DNA from: Candidatus Nomurabacteria bacterium
Lineage (GTDB): Bacteria; Patescibacteriota; Minisyncoccia; Phycocordibacterales; UBA9973
Assembly: GCA_052035195.1 (NCBI GenBank)
Contig: JBPOHU010000001.1
Coordinates: forward strand, 13,713 to 77,712
Length of the DNA: 64,000 bases
Direction: 5' to 3'
The notes under the pieces were generated by a model. The model searched no databases. It was given only the letters and a program-made list of their open reading frames with translations, and had not been told where the DNA came from. Made by a program: the position numbers and the translations under genes. Every line of letters starts with the position of its first letter. The stretch's first letter is position 1. This document shows, piece after piece, positions 1-11,000 of the stretch.

Positions 1-414
1 GAACAAGTAAAGACAACTATTGGAAGCGCAGTAGAGACAGAATATTCTGAGCTTGAGGTGCGAGGTAGAGATCTTATCACAGGTCTCCCTAGAGCTCTTG
101 TTGTAACTGATGGTGATATTAGAGAAGCACTGGGTTATCCTGTATCACTTTTAGTTGCTGGTATTCGTGAAGTTCTTGAAACAGCTCCACCAGAGATGAT
201 TTCTGATATTTTATCTTCAGGAGTTATCCTAACTGGAGGAGGAGCGTTACTTAAAGGCCTTCCTGCTCTTTTGCAACAAGAGCTTAAGCTTCCTATTTAT
301 ATTGCCGAAGACCCACTATCTGCTGTTGTTCGCGGTACTGGTATTATTTTAGAATCTTTCGAAGAATATAAGAGTGTACTTCTTTCAATAGATGATCATG
401 TCACCGTATCGTAA
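1..414 (+). CDS. mreB: Rod shape-determining protein MreB, C-terminal part (5' end outside window)
   Basis: Frame is open from base 1 (EQVKTTIGSA...RGRDLITGLP...LTGGGALL...AEDPLSAVVRG); directly upstream of mreC. Confidence 0.95.
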   Translation, partial: EQVKTTIGSAVETEYSELEVRGRDLITGLPRALVVTDGDIREALGYPVSLLVAGIREVLETAPPEMISDILSSGVILTGGGALLKGLPALLQQELKLPIYIAEDPLSAVVRGTGIILESFEEYKSVLLSIDDHVTVS

Positions 415-1138
415 TACAAAAAAGAAATATTTTTATACTTTTATTCTAATAATTATTAGTTTAGTTATTTTGTGGCGTATAGCTTCTTGGGTTAGAAACT
501 TTCGAGGTGCTATTTTGCCTGTATATAGTGATTCTGCTTCTCTGGTTTTTAATTCTAAACAATCTTTAATAAAAAAGATTTTAGCTCTGCAGAGTGAGAT
601 AGATGCAAATAAAGCTTCTCTTATTTCTCTTGATGCTCTTGATAAAGAAAATCAAAAATTAAAAAGTGAATTAGGTAGAGATATTAGTGGACATAAAGGC
701 GTAATGGCTAGGGTTATTGTTCCACCAAATAGATCTTTGTATGACACTCTTATTTTAGATATGGGGCATGAAGAAGGTGTTTTTGTAGGTCAAAATGTAT
801 ACGCTTTTGATTCTATTGCTCTTGGTACTATATCTGATACTAAGGCTCATAGTTCTACTGTTCTTTTGTATAGTTCACCAAATAGAGAAACTGTTGGATC
901 TGTTTCCGGCAGTGATCTTACTGTTACCTTAATAGGTCGTGGAGCAGGAGAGTACGAAGTACGAATGCCTAGAGATATTGTTTTTGAACAAGGAGGAATA
1001 ATCACAGAGCAAACATTAAAACTTAATCCAATAGCAGTTATTCAAAAAATAGTTACAGATCCAAGAGATCCATTTCAAAGACTTCTTGCAAAAGTACCAG
1101 TAAACCTTCAAACACTTAAGTACGTGGTGGTGAAGTAG
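392..1138 (+). CDS. mreC: Rod shape-determining protein MreC
   Basis: N-terminal TM helix, coiled coil (LDKENQKLKSELG), beta-rich C-terminus; overlaps mreB stop. Start may be 398. Confidence 0.85.
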   Translation: MIMSPYRNTKKKYFYTFILIIISLVILWRIASWVRNFRGAILPVYSDSASLVFNSKQSLIKKILALQSEIDANKASLISLDALDKENQKLKSELGRDISGHKGVMARVIVPPNRSLYDTLILDMGHEEGVFVGQNVYAFDSIALGTISDTKAHSSTVLLYSSPNRETVGSVSGSDLTVTLIGRGAGEYEVRMPRDIVFEQGGIITEQTLKLNPIAVIQKIVTDPRDPFQRLLAKVPVNLQTLKYVVVK

Positions 1139-1156
1139 GAGAGGAAAATAAGTATT

Positions 1157-1242
1157 ACTAAAAAGAATATTATATTTGTATCTGCGGGGGCAATCACTTA
1201 CGTTTTAGCGGTCCTCGATACAAATATAATATTCTTTTTAGT
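1157..1242. repeat. Long inverted repeat with perfect 26-bp arms
   Basis: actaaaaagaatattatatttgtatc (1157-1182) is the exact reverse complement of 1217-1242. Confidence 0.95.
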
Positions 1243-1271
1243 TAGAACAAAAGTTTTTGGAGAAAAGATAA

Positions 1272-1352
1272 ATAAAAGAAGTACTCATTTTGTATCGAGG
1301 ACTGTTTGAGCGCATAGCGAGTTCCGCAGATAAAAATGAGTACTTCTTTTAT
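1272..1352. repeat. Long inverted repeat (~24-bp arms, one bulge) with a loop core related to the neighbouring hairpin
   Basis: ataaaagaagtactcattttgtatc (1272-1296) pairs with gataaaaatgagtacttcttttat (1329-1352). Confidence 0.9.
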
Positions 1353-1395
1353 GTCTTAGTTTCAAAAAAAGTATCAATGTAGTAAAGTATCAAAT

Positions 1396-2580
1396 ATGAA
1401 ATTCTCTATAGAGAAAAAACTAGAGGGAACCCTTGCTCGTGCGGGAACCATTGAGACTAAAAACGGAGTTATTCAAACTCCGGCTTTTGTGACTGTTGGT
1501 ACTAAGGCTACAGTTAAGGCTTTGACTGCAGAACAAATAAGAAGCCTAGGGGCTCAGGTTGTGCTTGCAAATACGTATCATTTGTACCTTCAGCCGGGAA
1601 CAGAGATAGTAGAAAAAGCTGGAGGCTTCGGTCCTTTTATGGATTGGCATGGGCCAACCATGACAGACTCTGGGGGCTTTCAAGCTTTCTCTCTAGGCGC
1701 TGCTTTCGGAAGCGCTGTATCAAAAGTAGCTTCTGCGGATGCACCAGTAGAAGATATTTCTCCAGTTGCTGGGCAACTTGCGAATGTCACAGATGAAGGC
1801 GTAACTTTCAAAAGTCATATAGATGGTTCTATGCACCTATTTACTCCAGAGAGTTCTATGGAGGCACAGTGGTCCCTCGGTGCTGATATGATTTTTGCAT
1901 TTGATGAGTGCACTAGTCCAACAGCTCCTTATGAATACCAAAAGAAATCTCTTGCTAGAACAGAGAGTTGGGCAAAACGTTGTCTTATTCGGCACAATGA
2001 ATTAGATAAAGAAAATAAACAAGCTCTATTTGGTGTTGTACAGGGCGGAAGACATCAAGATCTTCGTGAAGAAGCCGCAAGAACTATGGGGGCGCTTCCT
2101 TTTGATGGATATGGTATTGGTGGCTCTTTTACTAAGGATGATATTGCTACTGCTGTAGCTTGGGTAAATAAAATTCTTCCAGAAGATAAACCAAGACATC
2201 TTCTTGGAATAGGAGAGCCGAGAGATCTTTTTGATGCCGTAGAATCCGGTTGTGATTTATTTGATTGTATTGCTCCAACACGTATGGGTAGACACGGAAC
2301 ACTACACACTTCAAAGGGTAGGTTAAATATTCGCAACGCTATTTTTGTAAAAGATTTTTCACCTATAGAAGATGGTTGCTCTTGTTACACATGCCTTCAT
2401 CATAGTCGCGCATATTTAGCTCATTTATTTAGAGCAGATGAAATGACTGCTGCAACACTTGCTTCAATACATAATATTCATTTTATACTCCGCCTCGTTG
2501 AGAAAATGAGAGATTCTATATTAGATGGTTCTTTCTTGGAATATAAAAATAGCTTTTGTTCAAACTATTACAATAAGTAG
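1396..2580 (+). CDS. tgt: tRNA-guanine transglycosylase
   Basis: TPAFVTVGT, ANTYHL, TDSGGFQ, DECT, VQGG, FDC and the Zn site CxCxxC...H. Confidence 0.95.
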   Translation: MKFSIEKKLEGTLARAGTIETKNGVIQTPAFVTVGTKATVKALTAEQIRSLGAQVVLANTYHLYLQPGTEIVEKAGGFGPFMDWHGPTMTDSGGFQAFSLGAAFGSAVSKVASADAPVEDISPVAGQLANVTDEGVTFKSHIDGSMHLFTPESSMEAQWSLGADMIFAFDECTSPTAPYEYQKKSLARTESWAKRCLIRHNELDKENKQALFGVVQGGRHQDLREEAARTMGALPFDGYGIGGSFTKDDIATAVAWVNKILPEDKPRHLLGIGEPRDLFDAVESGCDLFDCIAPTRMGRHGTLHTSKGRLNIRNAIFVKDFSPIEDGCSCYTCLHHSRAYLAHLFRADEMTAATLASIHNIHFILRLVEKMRDSILDGSFLEYKNSFCSNYYNK

Positions 2581-2614
2581 ATTACTTTTTTAATAAGAGT
2601 ATAATATTGTTCAT

Positions 2615-2743
2615 ATGACACTTAGACGTTCACTTATGTACTTCCTTTTATTTACTGTTTTTGCATCTTTTTTTACTTACAGAATAATAGTTCGAGCCTA
2701 CGATACAGCCTATTCTTACGACTTAGATACTTTGGTAAATTAG
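2615..2743 (+). CDS. Putative 42-aa membrane protein (not in ORF track)
   Basis: MTLRRSLMYFLLFTVFASFFTYRIIVRAYDTAYSYDLDTLVN; TATAAT at 2600-2605; fills the tgt-uvrB gap. Confidence 0.45.
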   Translation: MTLRRSLMYFLLFTVFASFFTYRIIVRAYDTAYSYDLDTLVN

Positions 2744-2771
2744 TTTTCCAAGAGGCTACATTTTCTATATA

Positions 2772-4847
2772 ATGCCTTTTATGGATAGATTTGAGCTTGT
2801 TAGCGATTTTAAACCAGGAGGAGACCAACCAGAAGCCATCAAGGGGCTTATTTCTGGCCTTAAGGATGGTCTCCATATGCAAACCCTTCTTGGTGCCACA
2901 GGTACAGGTAAAACCTTTACTATGGCCAATATTATCGCTCATGAACAAAAACCTACTCTTATAATTGCTCATAATAAAACCTTGGCAGCTCAACTAGCGA
3001 GTGAGTTCAAAAGCTTTTTTCCAAACAATGCAGTGCATTATTTCGTCTCATATTATGACTATTACCAACCAGAAGCATATCTGCCAACAACTGATACATA
3101 TATTGAAAAAGACGCACAAATCAACAAAGAGATAGATAGACTTCGCCATGCTACAACACAAAGCCTTTTAACAAGAAAGGACGTAATAATAGTTGCCTCT
3201 GTTTCTTGTATATATGGATTGGGTTCACCTGTTGAATATGAAAAGGTAAATTTTAAAATAGAAAAAGGTATGTCTCTTAGTCGTACTGAAGCGATGCAAA
3301 GACTTGTAGCTATTCATTATGAGAGAACAAACGCTGATCTTTCACCGGCTCAATTTCGGGCTCTAGGTAATACCATAGAAGTAATGCCTGTTTCAGAGAC
3401 TATTCAATACAGAATACTTTTCTCTGGTAATAAAGTAGAAGAAATTTTAAAAGTCGATCCTGTATCTTCTAGAATATTGCAAGAAGAAAATAGTGTTTTT
3501 ATTTTCCCGGCTAAGCACTTCATAACAGCGCCAGAACAAAAAGATCGTGCCGTAAAAGCAATAGCAAGTGAGCTTAAAGATCAACTTGCGTATTTTGAAA
3601 AAGAAGGGAAGTTGCTTGAGGCTGAAAGAATAAAAAGGCGTACAACTTATGACATGGCAATGATAAAAGAAATGGGCTATTGCTCAGGCATAGAAAACTA
3701 TTCACGACTTCTCTCGGGCAAGGCGCCAGGAGAACCACCAGAGACTCTTCTTTCGTATTTTCCTCATGACAAAGATGGTAATCCAGAGTTTTTACTTTTC
3801 ATAGATGAATCTCATGTGACTTTGCCTCAACTTGGAGCTATGTATGCTGGTGATGCTTCTCGAAAAAGTACTCTTGTTGAGTTCGGTTTTCGTTTGCCGA
3901 GTGCAAAAGATAACAGACCTCTTAAGTTTGAAGAATTTAAAGAGCGAATTGGTCAGACTATTTTTGTTTCAGCGACACCAGGAAAACACGAAGCAGAATT
4001 GAGTGAAAAAACAGTACAACAAATCATCAGACCAACAGGCTTAGTTGATCCTGAAGTAATAGTTAGGCCTATTTTGGAAAAAAATAATTATCTTGGCCAA
4101 GTTCAAGACTTTATAGATGAATCTCTGTCAGAAATAAAAAAAGGCGGTCGGGTACTTGCAACAACGCTTACTAAAAAAATGGCAGAAGACTTGTCTGCTT
4201 ATTTAAAAGAAAAAGGCGTAAAGGCAGAATACATGCACAGTGATATCAAGACGATAGAGCGTATTCAAATAATTACTAAGTTTCGTAAGGGTGCCTTTGA
4301 TGTATTAGTTGGAGTTAACTTGCTTCGAGAAGGTCTCGATATGCCAGAGGTATCTCTTATAGGTATTTTGGATGCTGACAAAGAAGGCTTCTTGCGGAGT
4401 GAAGTCTCTCTTATTCAAACTATTGGCCGAGCAGCTCGAAATGCAAATGGACGTGTGATTTTGTACGCTGATCAGATTACTGGAAGCATGGAACGCGCTA
4501 TGAGCGAAACAAAGCGTCGTCGTGATGTACAGCTCGCTTATAATAAAAAGCACGGTATCACCCCAGTAACTATTTCTAAAGCTATTAATGATATTACTGA
4601 AGGTATGGAAAGTGATCATGCTAAGGCTGTGAACGCTGAGCTTGCTCTTGATATGGAACTCTTTGCTGCAGTAGAAGCAGCAAGCAAAGGTAAAAAGGGA
4701 AGAGGGAAGAAAAATCCTATTGAAAAACTAATTGCAATAAAAGAAGCTGAAATGAAAGAAGCGGTCAAAGTTCTCGACTTCGAAACTGCTGCAATACTCC
4801 GTGATGAGATAGGAGTTTTAAAAGAAAAGACTTATATAAATTCATAG
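2772..4847 (+). CDS. uvrB: Excinuclease ABC subunit B
   Basis: GDQPEAI, GATGTGKT, YYDYYQPEAY, DESH, QTIGRAARN and C-terminal UVR coil (LDFETAAILRD). Confidence 0.98.
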   Translation: MPFMDRFELVSDFKPGGDQPEAIKGLISGLKDGLHMQTLLGATGTGKTFTMANIIAHEQKPTLIIAHNKTLAAQLASEFKSFFPNNAVHYFVSYYDYYQPEAYLPTTDTYIEKDAQINKEIDRLRHATTQSLLTRKDVIIVASVSCIYGLGSPVEYEKVNFKIEKGMSLSRTEAMQRLVAIHYERTNADLSPAQFRALGNTIEVMPVSETIQYRILFSGNKVEEILKVDPVSSRILQEENSVFIFPAKHFITAPEQKDRAVKAIASELKDQLAYFEKEGKLLEAERIKRRTTYDMAMIKEMGYCSGIENYSRLLSGKAPGEPPETLLSYFPHDKDGNPEFLLFIDESHVTLPQLGAMYAGDASRKSTLVEFGFRLPSAKDNRPLKFEEFKERIGQTIFVSATPGKHEAELSEKTVQQIIRPTGLVDPEVIVRPILEKNNYLGQVQDFIDESLSEIKKGGRVLATTLTKKMAEDLSAYLKEKGVKAEYMHSDIKTIERIQIITKFRKGAFDVLVGVNLLREGLDMPEVSLIGILDADKEGFLRSEVSLIQTIGRAARNANGRVILYADQITGSMERAMSETKRRRDVQLAYNKKHGITPVTISKAINDITEGMESDHAKAVNAELALDMELFAAVEAASKGKKGRGKKNPIEKLIAIKEAEMKEAVKVLDFETAAILRDEIGVLKEKTYINS

Positions 4848-4849
4848 AT

Positions 4850-5311
4850 ATGTATTCTTTCTCATTATTTTCTTCGCCTATAACCTTCCCGTTTTGTTTT
4901 GCGGTGCACACTTGGGTCGTTTTAGAATCTCCAGAGCTGGGTGTCAAAAGATACGAGATACACAAATTTTTTAATAATAAGACAGGTAATTATTTATACG
5001 TAAACGCTCAGGCCCCAAATGAAGGGATGTCTATTTTTATGATTCCAAAAAAGTTTTATTCAAAAAATAGGTTTAAATCAAGATGTATTTTTAAATTAAC
5101 AGGATTGCAAGCAAAAAATGTTATTGAAAATATAGAGAATAACATCAGTAAATATCCGTATTTAAATAAATATAGTTTATACCCTGGCCCTAACTCAAAC
5201 ACCTTTACTAGGTGGGTATTAGATTTGAACATTACTACTAAAGATTTAAACTTACCTTTTAACGCTTTCGGAAGGTTTTTTAATCGTTCTTTGGATATTG
5301 AGGCGTTATAA
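4850..5311 (+). CDS. Hypothetical protein, DUF3750-like
   Basis: AVHTW...RYE...YP...Y.LYPGPNSNTF..W...LP.NAFG pattern. Confidence 0.6.
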   Translation: MYSFSLFSSPITFPFCFAVHTWVVLESPELGVKRYEIHKFFNNKTGNYLYVNAQAPNEGMSIFMIPKKFYSKNRFKSRCIFKLTGLQAKNVIENIENNISKYPYLNKYSLYPGPNSNTFTRWVLDLNITTKDLNLPFNAFGRFFNRSLDIEAL

Positions 5312-5372
5312 AAACAGTTTAATTTAGTAATACAAATCGTATACCAATTTTGTGGTACAATCGCTTATATTT

Positions 5373-8006
5373 ATGAAGAAAGACGGGCAAAAAAATGAAT
5401 TAAAAGAAGGGCTTATTGTCGTAAAGGGAGCCCGGACACACAATCTCAAGAATGTGTCTGTTGAGATGCCTCGTGGCAAAATGATAGCTATTACAGGGCT
5501 CTCTGGTAGCGGTAAGAGTTCTCTTGCTTTTGATACTATTTTTGCAGAAGGACAGCGTCGTTATGTTGAAAGTCTCTCTTCTTACGCTCGACAATTTTTG
5601 AACCAAATGCCCAAGCCGGATGTAGATGAAATCAGTGGTCTTTCTCCTGCTATTTCTATTGACCAAAAGTCTCGCTCAAATAATCCTCGTTCAACAGTCG
5701 CAACCATCACTGAGATGTATGATTACATGCGTGTACTCTATGCTCGTGTAGGTAAGGCTCACTGTCCGGTCTGTGATACCTTGATTCAAAAACTTTCTAT
5801 TGAAGAGATAAATGGTTTTATTTTGCAAAAGATTAAAGACCTCTCTAAAAAACAAAAAGACAAAACTGTTATGGGTGTATCTTGGAATGATACTCGTATA
5901 CAGATATACGCACCTTTGGTACGAGGAAGAAAAGGAGAGTACTATCAACTTCTTTATGATTTAATAGGTAAAGGTTTTAGTACAGCTCGTATAGATGGCA
6001 AAATTCATAAACTTCGCGATAAGTTAGAAATAAAAAAGAACGATAAGCACACTATAGAAGTGTTGGTAGATGAATTAGCTGTACACGAATTTAAAGATAA
6101 TCCTAGAGATGCTGAGCTTCGTCTTTTTGAAGCTGTTGAGCGAGCACTTCTTGAAGCAGATGGATTGGTACAAGTTGTTTTTGGTGTGTCAGAAGATTTT
6201 GATCTTCAAACAGAACCGATACAAGAGTTTTTGATGTCTTCAAAGTTTTCTTGTCCTAATGATGGGTATTCATTTCCTGAGATTGAGCCTAGGCTTTTCT
6301 CTTTTAACTCTCCTTATGGAGCATGTCCAGAGTGTAACGGTTTGGGTAGTAAGTTTTTTGGAGGAACAGAGGTGTGCGATGTTTGTGGAGGAAAAAGACT
6401 TCGACCTGAAGCATTAAATGTCTTTTTGGGAGAAGATAAAAAAAGAATAAATATAGTAGACCTCACAACCCTCTCTGTTGAACAAGCTTTTGATTTTTTT
6501 GGATCACTTAAACTCTCTGCAAAAGATAGGGAAGTTGCTAATGCTGTTCTAAAAGAAATAGAAGATAGATTAGTTTTTCTCTTAAATGTTGGACTTGAAT
6601 ATTTAAGTTTAAATCGAACAGCCAATACTCTCTCTGGTGGTGAGGCTCAGCGTATCCGTCTTGCTTCACAGCTTGGCTCTCGATTGGTAGGGGCTATGTA
6701 CGTACTTGATGAACCAACTATTGGACTTCACCAAAGAGACAATGAACGTCTCATTAAGACCTTGGAAGAGTTAAGAGATGCAGGAAATACTATTATTGTC
6801 GTGGAGCATGATGAAGATACTATTTATGCATCGGACTACCTTGTTGATATTGGACCAGGTGCAGGAATACACGGAGGGCAAGTTATTGTTTCTGGTTATT
6901 TAGACAAACTTCTTTCAGCTAAGAAAAATGAAAGCGGATCTAGGACACTTGCTTATTTGCGCAAAGAAGAAGAAATAGAAACACCAGATAAGCGTCGTGA
7001 TACAGATAAGGGCACTATAAAAATAATTGGTGCAAACTTGCACAATATTCATAATCAAAATATAGATGTTCCACTTGGAAAAATGGTTGCTATAACAGGC
7101 GTATCTGGAAGTGGTAAAAGTACTTTCTTGTACGACATTTTGTACAAAAATCTTCAAGCGCGTTTTGAAAGAAAGCTTCGTAGTGCCAAAGTTTATAACT
7201 GTGCTTCATTTACTGGTACAGAATACTTGGCACGAGCTATTATGATTGATCAGTCTCCGATAGGAAGAACTCCACGAAGTAATATTGCCACCTATACTGG
7301 TGCATTTACTCATATCAGAGAAATATTTGCTCAGACAGAAGAAGCAAGACTTCGAGGTTGGAAGGTTAATAGATTCTCTTTCAATGTTAAAGGTGGGCGA
7401 TGTGAAGCTTGTGAGGGTAATGGTGAAATAGCTGTAGAAATGCACTTCTTGCCAACAGTTTACGTCACCTGTGATGTTTGTAATGGAAAGCGTTTTGATA
7501 AAGAAACATTAACTGTAAAATATAAACGTAAAAGCATTTATGACGTACTTCAGATGTCTGTAGAAGAAGGTCTTGAATTCTTTTATGAAATACCAGCTAT
7601 TTATGACAGACTCAAAACTCTAAGTGAAGTTGGTCTTGGTTATGTAAAGCTCGGTCAGAGCGCCACAACACTCTCTGGTGGAGAAGCTCAAAGAGTAAAG
7701 ATAGCTTCAGAGCTTTATCGTCCATATTTAGAAAAGACAATGTATCTACTAGATGAGCCTACTGTCGGACTGCACTATGATGATGTTAAAAATCTTATCG
7801 GAGTCCTAAATAGATTGGTTGCCAAGGGTAACACTGTTGTAGTTATTGAACACAATCTTGATCTTATAAAGTGCGCTGATCATCTTATAGATTTTGGACC
7901 ACAAGGAGGTGTTGCCGGAGGAAAAATAATTGCGAAAGGTACACCAGAAGAAGTCGCAAATAATAAGCATAGTTTTACAGGGGAATACCTTAAAAAGATA
8001 CTTTGA
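5373..8006 (+). CDS. uvrA: Excinuclease ABC subunit A
   Basis: Two ABC modules (GLSGSGKSS, GVSGSGKST, two LSGGEAQR) and Zn fingers; ATG 5373 preferred over GTG 5352. Confidence 0.98.
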   Translation: MKKDGQKNELKEGLIVVKGARTHNLKNVSVEMPRGKMIAITGLSGSGKSSLAFDTIFAEGQRRYVESLSSYARQFLNQMPKPDVDEISGLSPAISIDQKSRSNNPRSTVATITEMYDYMRVLYARVGKAHCPVCDTLIQKLSIEEINGFILQKIKDLSKKQKDKTVMGVSWNDTRIQIYAPLVRGRKGEYYQLLYDLIGKGFSTARIDGKIHKLRDKLEIKKNDKHTIEVLVDELAVHEFKDNPRDAELRLFEAVERALLEADGLVQVVFGVSEDFDLQTEPIQEFLMSSKFSCPNDGYSFPEIEPRLFSFNSPYGACPECNGLGSKFFGGTEVCDVCGGKRLRPEALNVFLGEDKKRINIVDLTTLSVEQAFDFFGSLKLSAKDREVANAVLKEIEDRLVFLLNVGLEYLSLNRTANTLSGGEAQRIRLASQLGSRLVGAMYVLDEPTIGLHQRDNERLIKTLEELRDAGNTIIVVEHDEDTIYASDYLVDIGPGAGIHGGQVIVSGYLDKLLSAKKNESGSRTLAYLRKEEEIETPDKRRDTDKGTIKIIGANLHNIHNQNIDVPLGKMVAITGVSGSGKSTFLYDILYKNLQARFERKLRSAKVYNCASFTGTEYLARAIMIDQSPIGRTPRSNIATYTGAFTHIREIFAQTEEARLRGWKVNRFSFNVKGGRCEACEGNGEIAVEMHFLPTVYVTCDVCNGKRFDKETLTVKYKRKSIYDVLQMSVEEGLEFFYEIPAIYDRLKTLSEVGLGYVKLGQSATTLSGGEAQRVKIASELYRPYLEKTMYLLDEPTVGLHYDDVKNLIGVLNRLVAKGNTVVVIEHNLDLIKCADHLIDFGPQGGVAGGKIIAKGTPEEVANNKHSFTGEYLKKIL

Positions 8007-8076
8007 CAGTAACGCTCTATTGTTTCAAAGATAGATAATAATTGCTCATACGCCTTAGCTTGCATATAATCAAGGC

Positions 8077-11000
8077 ATGAAAAAAAAGAATATTTTGTTT
8101 GGTGCTTCATTAGCCGTTTTTATTAGTGTTTTAGGTTTTGTGTTTTTTGAGCCTGTTTCAGCTAGTTCAAAGACTTTTTTAGTAGATTTTGGACGTCAAG
8201 ATTTATCAACATCTGTTTCTGGTTGGAATAATATAACTAATCCTTCCCTAGGAACAAATTCTAATCTCGTTGATTCGACAGGTGCATCATCAAGTTTGAA
8301 TTTACAAATTTCAAATGCATTTGTAACCAATGCGAGTTATCCAACATATTCTGCAAATAACGGAGGTACAACAGCTAGTACTGTCTATCCAGCAAGTGCA
8401 ACTCGGGATTCCTTTTATCTTACTCCTTACGGAACAACAGCTGATACTGCTGGTCAGATAACTATAAGTGGTCTTAATAATGACGCTTCTTACACATTTA
8501 AATTTTTTGCATCTAGAGTAGATTCATCGACAGCCGCACGAACAGCTCAATATACTATAGGAACAAAATCTAGCACTCTTAATGCTACAAACAATGTAAA
8601 TTCTATTGCTCAAATTCAAGATGTAGTTCCAACAAATGGTTCTATTGTAATTAATGTTTCTATTTTGTCTGGTTCAAGTTATGCCTATTTAGGAGCTCTT
8701 GAGATTGTCGAAAATTCTTCAACAACCCCAACAAATATTAATCCAGTTGCAAATGCTGGTTTAGATCAGTCTATTTTACTTCCTATAAATTCAGTGACAT
8801 TTTCAGGCTCAGGTACAGATACAGATGGCTCTATAGTTGGGTATAGTTGGTCTCGAATTTCTGGAACAGGGGCTATCACATCACCTTCTTCTGCTTCAAC
8901 TACAATTACAGGACTTTTACAGGGAACATCGGTATTTCAGTTAACTGTTATTGATAATCAAGGTGCTCTTGGGACAGACACGGTTTCAGTAGTTGTAAAC
9001 CCTGGTACCCCTTCAAACGTTTCTCCTTCTGTTAATGCTGGTACAGATCAAACCATCACCCTCCCAATATCTTCAGTTACCCTCACAGGTTCTGCTACTG
9101 ACACCGACGGAACTATCTCTTCATACTCATGGACTAAAATTTCAGGTACTGGAGGAACTATCACATCACCATCTTCTGCTTCAACTACAATTATAGGACT
9201 ATCTGCAGGTTCATACACCTTCCGTCTTAGTGTTACTGATGATGATGGGGCTGTATCTTCTGATACTTTAGTGGTGGTTGTTAATCCTCAAACCGTAGGA
9301 GTTTGTCCTGTTCCACAAAAGATCGTTATTCTTGGCTCTTCAACCGCAGCAGGAAATGCAGCATCTTCATATCAAAATTCTTGGGCAGGAAGGTTGGCCA
9401 CATATGGTCAATCACAGAATCCAGGAGGGCAAATTATTAATCTTGGCATGTCTACATATACGACTTATCATATTTTAGCTACTGGATCATCTACTCCTTT
9501 AGATAGACCTACTCCTGATACAGCAAGAAACATTACCCGAGCACTTAGTTATTCTCCAGATGCAATTATTATTAATATGCCAACAAATGATGCTGCCAAC
9601 GGATACTCTCTTGCTGAACAACAGGCAAACTTTATTTCTTTGGCTCAAATTGCTGCTGATGCAGGTGTTGATTTATGGATAACAACAACACAGCCCCGTA
9701 ACTTAAACTCTTCACAAAGAGCTCAGCTTATAACAATGAGAGATTGGATTAACCAACAGTTCGGTTTAAAAGCAGTTGATTTTTGGACAACAGTTGCAAA
9801 TGCTGACGGCACAATAAATTCAACATATAATTCAGGTGACGGAATTCACCTAAATGATGCTGGTCATTTAGTACTATTTAATAGTTTGCTTTCTGAAAAT
9901 ATATACGATGTACTTTGTACTGCTAATTCAAATGTTTCTCCTTCTGCTAACGCTGGCACAGATCAATCTATTACTCTTCCGATAAGTTATCTTACCCTCA
10001 CAGGCTCAGGTACAGACTCAGACGGAACTATCTCTTCATACTCATGGACTAAGGTATCAACACTAGCAGGAACTATCACATCTCCATCTTCTGCTTCTAC
10101 TACTATCACTGGTTTAGCACAAGGTACTCATACCTTCCGTCTTACTGTTACAGACAATGGAGGATTAACTGCGAGTGATGATGTGGTGGTTGTGGTGAAT
10201 GCTGATCCGCTTCTTCAAAGTGCAACTACTATTGCTGGATATAATGCGATTGTTCACCTTCCAGGAGATTATGGACAAACTGGAACAAAACAGTATCCAT
10301 TAATATTATTCTTCCCGGGATTGTCTGAAGCTGGTACTGGAAATGTATACGACCTATTGTCTTATGGACCATCAGCTTTTATTGCAGCAGGTAACCCTAT
10401 GGAGTTTAATGTTAACGGTGTAGTAGAAAAGCCAATTGTTATATCGGTTCAAACCGGTCAATGGCCACAACCTTCTATTATAAATACTATTCTTTCAAAT
10501 ATCACATCTCAGTATAGGGTGGATAGTGCTCGGATTTATTTAACAGGTCTTTCAATGGGTGGATGGACAGTTGACACCTATGTAAGTGAAAATGAGACAT
10601 ATGCAAATAAAATTGCCGCAGTAGTAGCAGTTCAGCCAGCTGGTATGGATAATCCAGTTTCTCAAATGAGCACATTTGCTTCTGCTGGTGGTAAATGGTG
10701 GGGGATAAGAGGTATAAATGATGTATGGGGAACAGAAGTACCAACTATTGTCACAAATATGAACAGTCTATCTCCAGGGTCAGCCCGAGGTACTACTGTT
10801 GCTTCTGGTCAGCCTGGATCTACTCATTGTTGCTGGAATACATTTTATGACCCTGTTACATGGGCAACTAATAGCTCAAATAGTTACAGCGAAAGTATTT
10901 ATGAATGGATGCTTAAGCAATCAAAGAATTTTAATCAAGCACCTACTATTTCTTTTGATCCTATTACAATAAATCTGTCTGCAAATGTTGTTGACACCGA

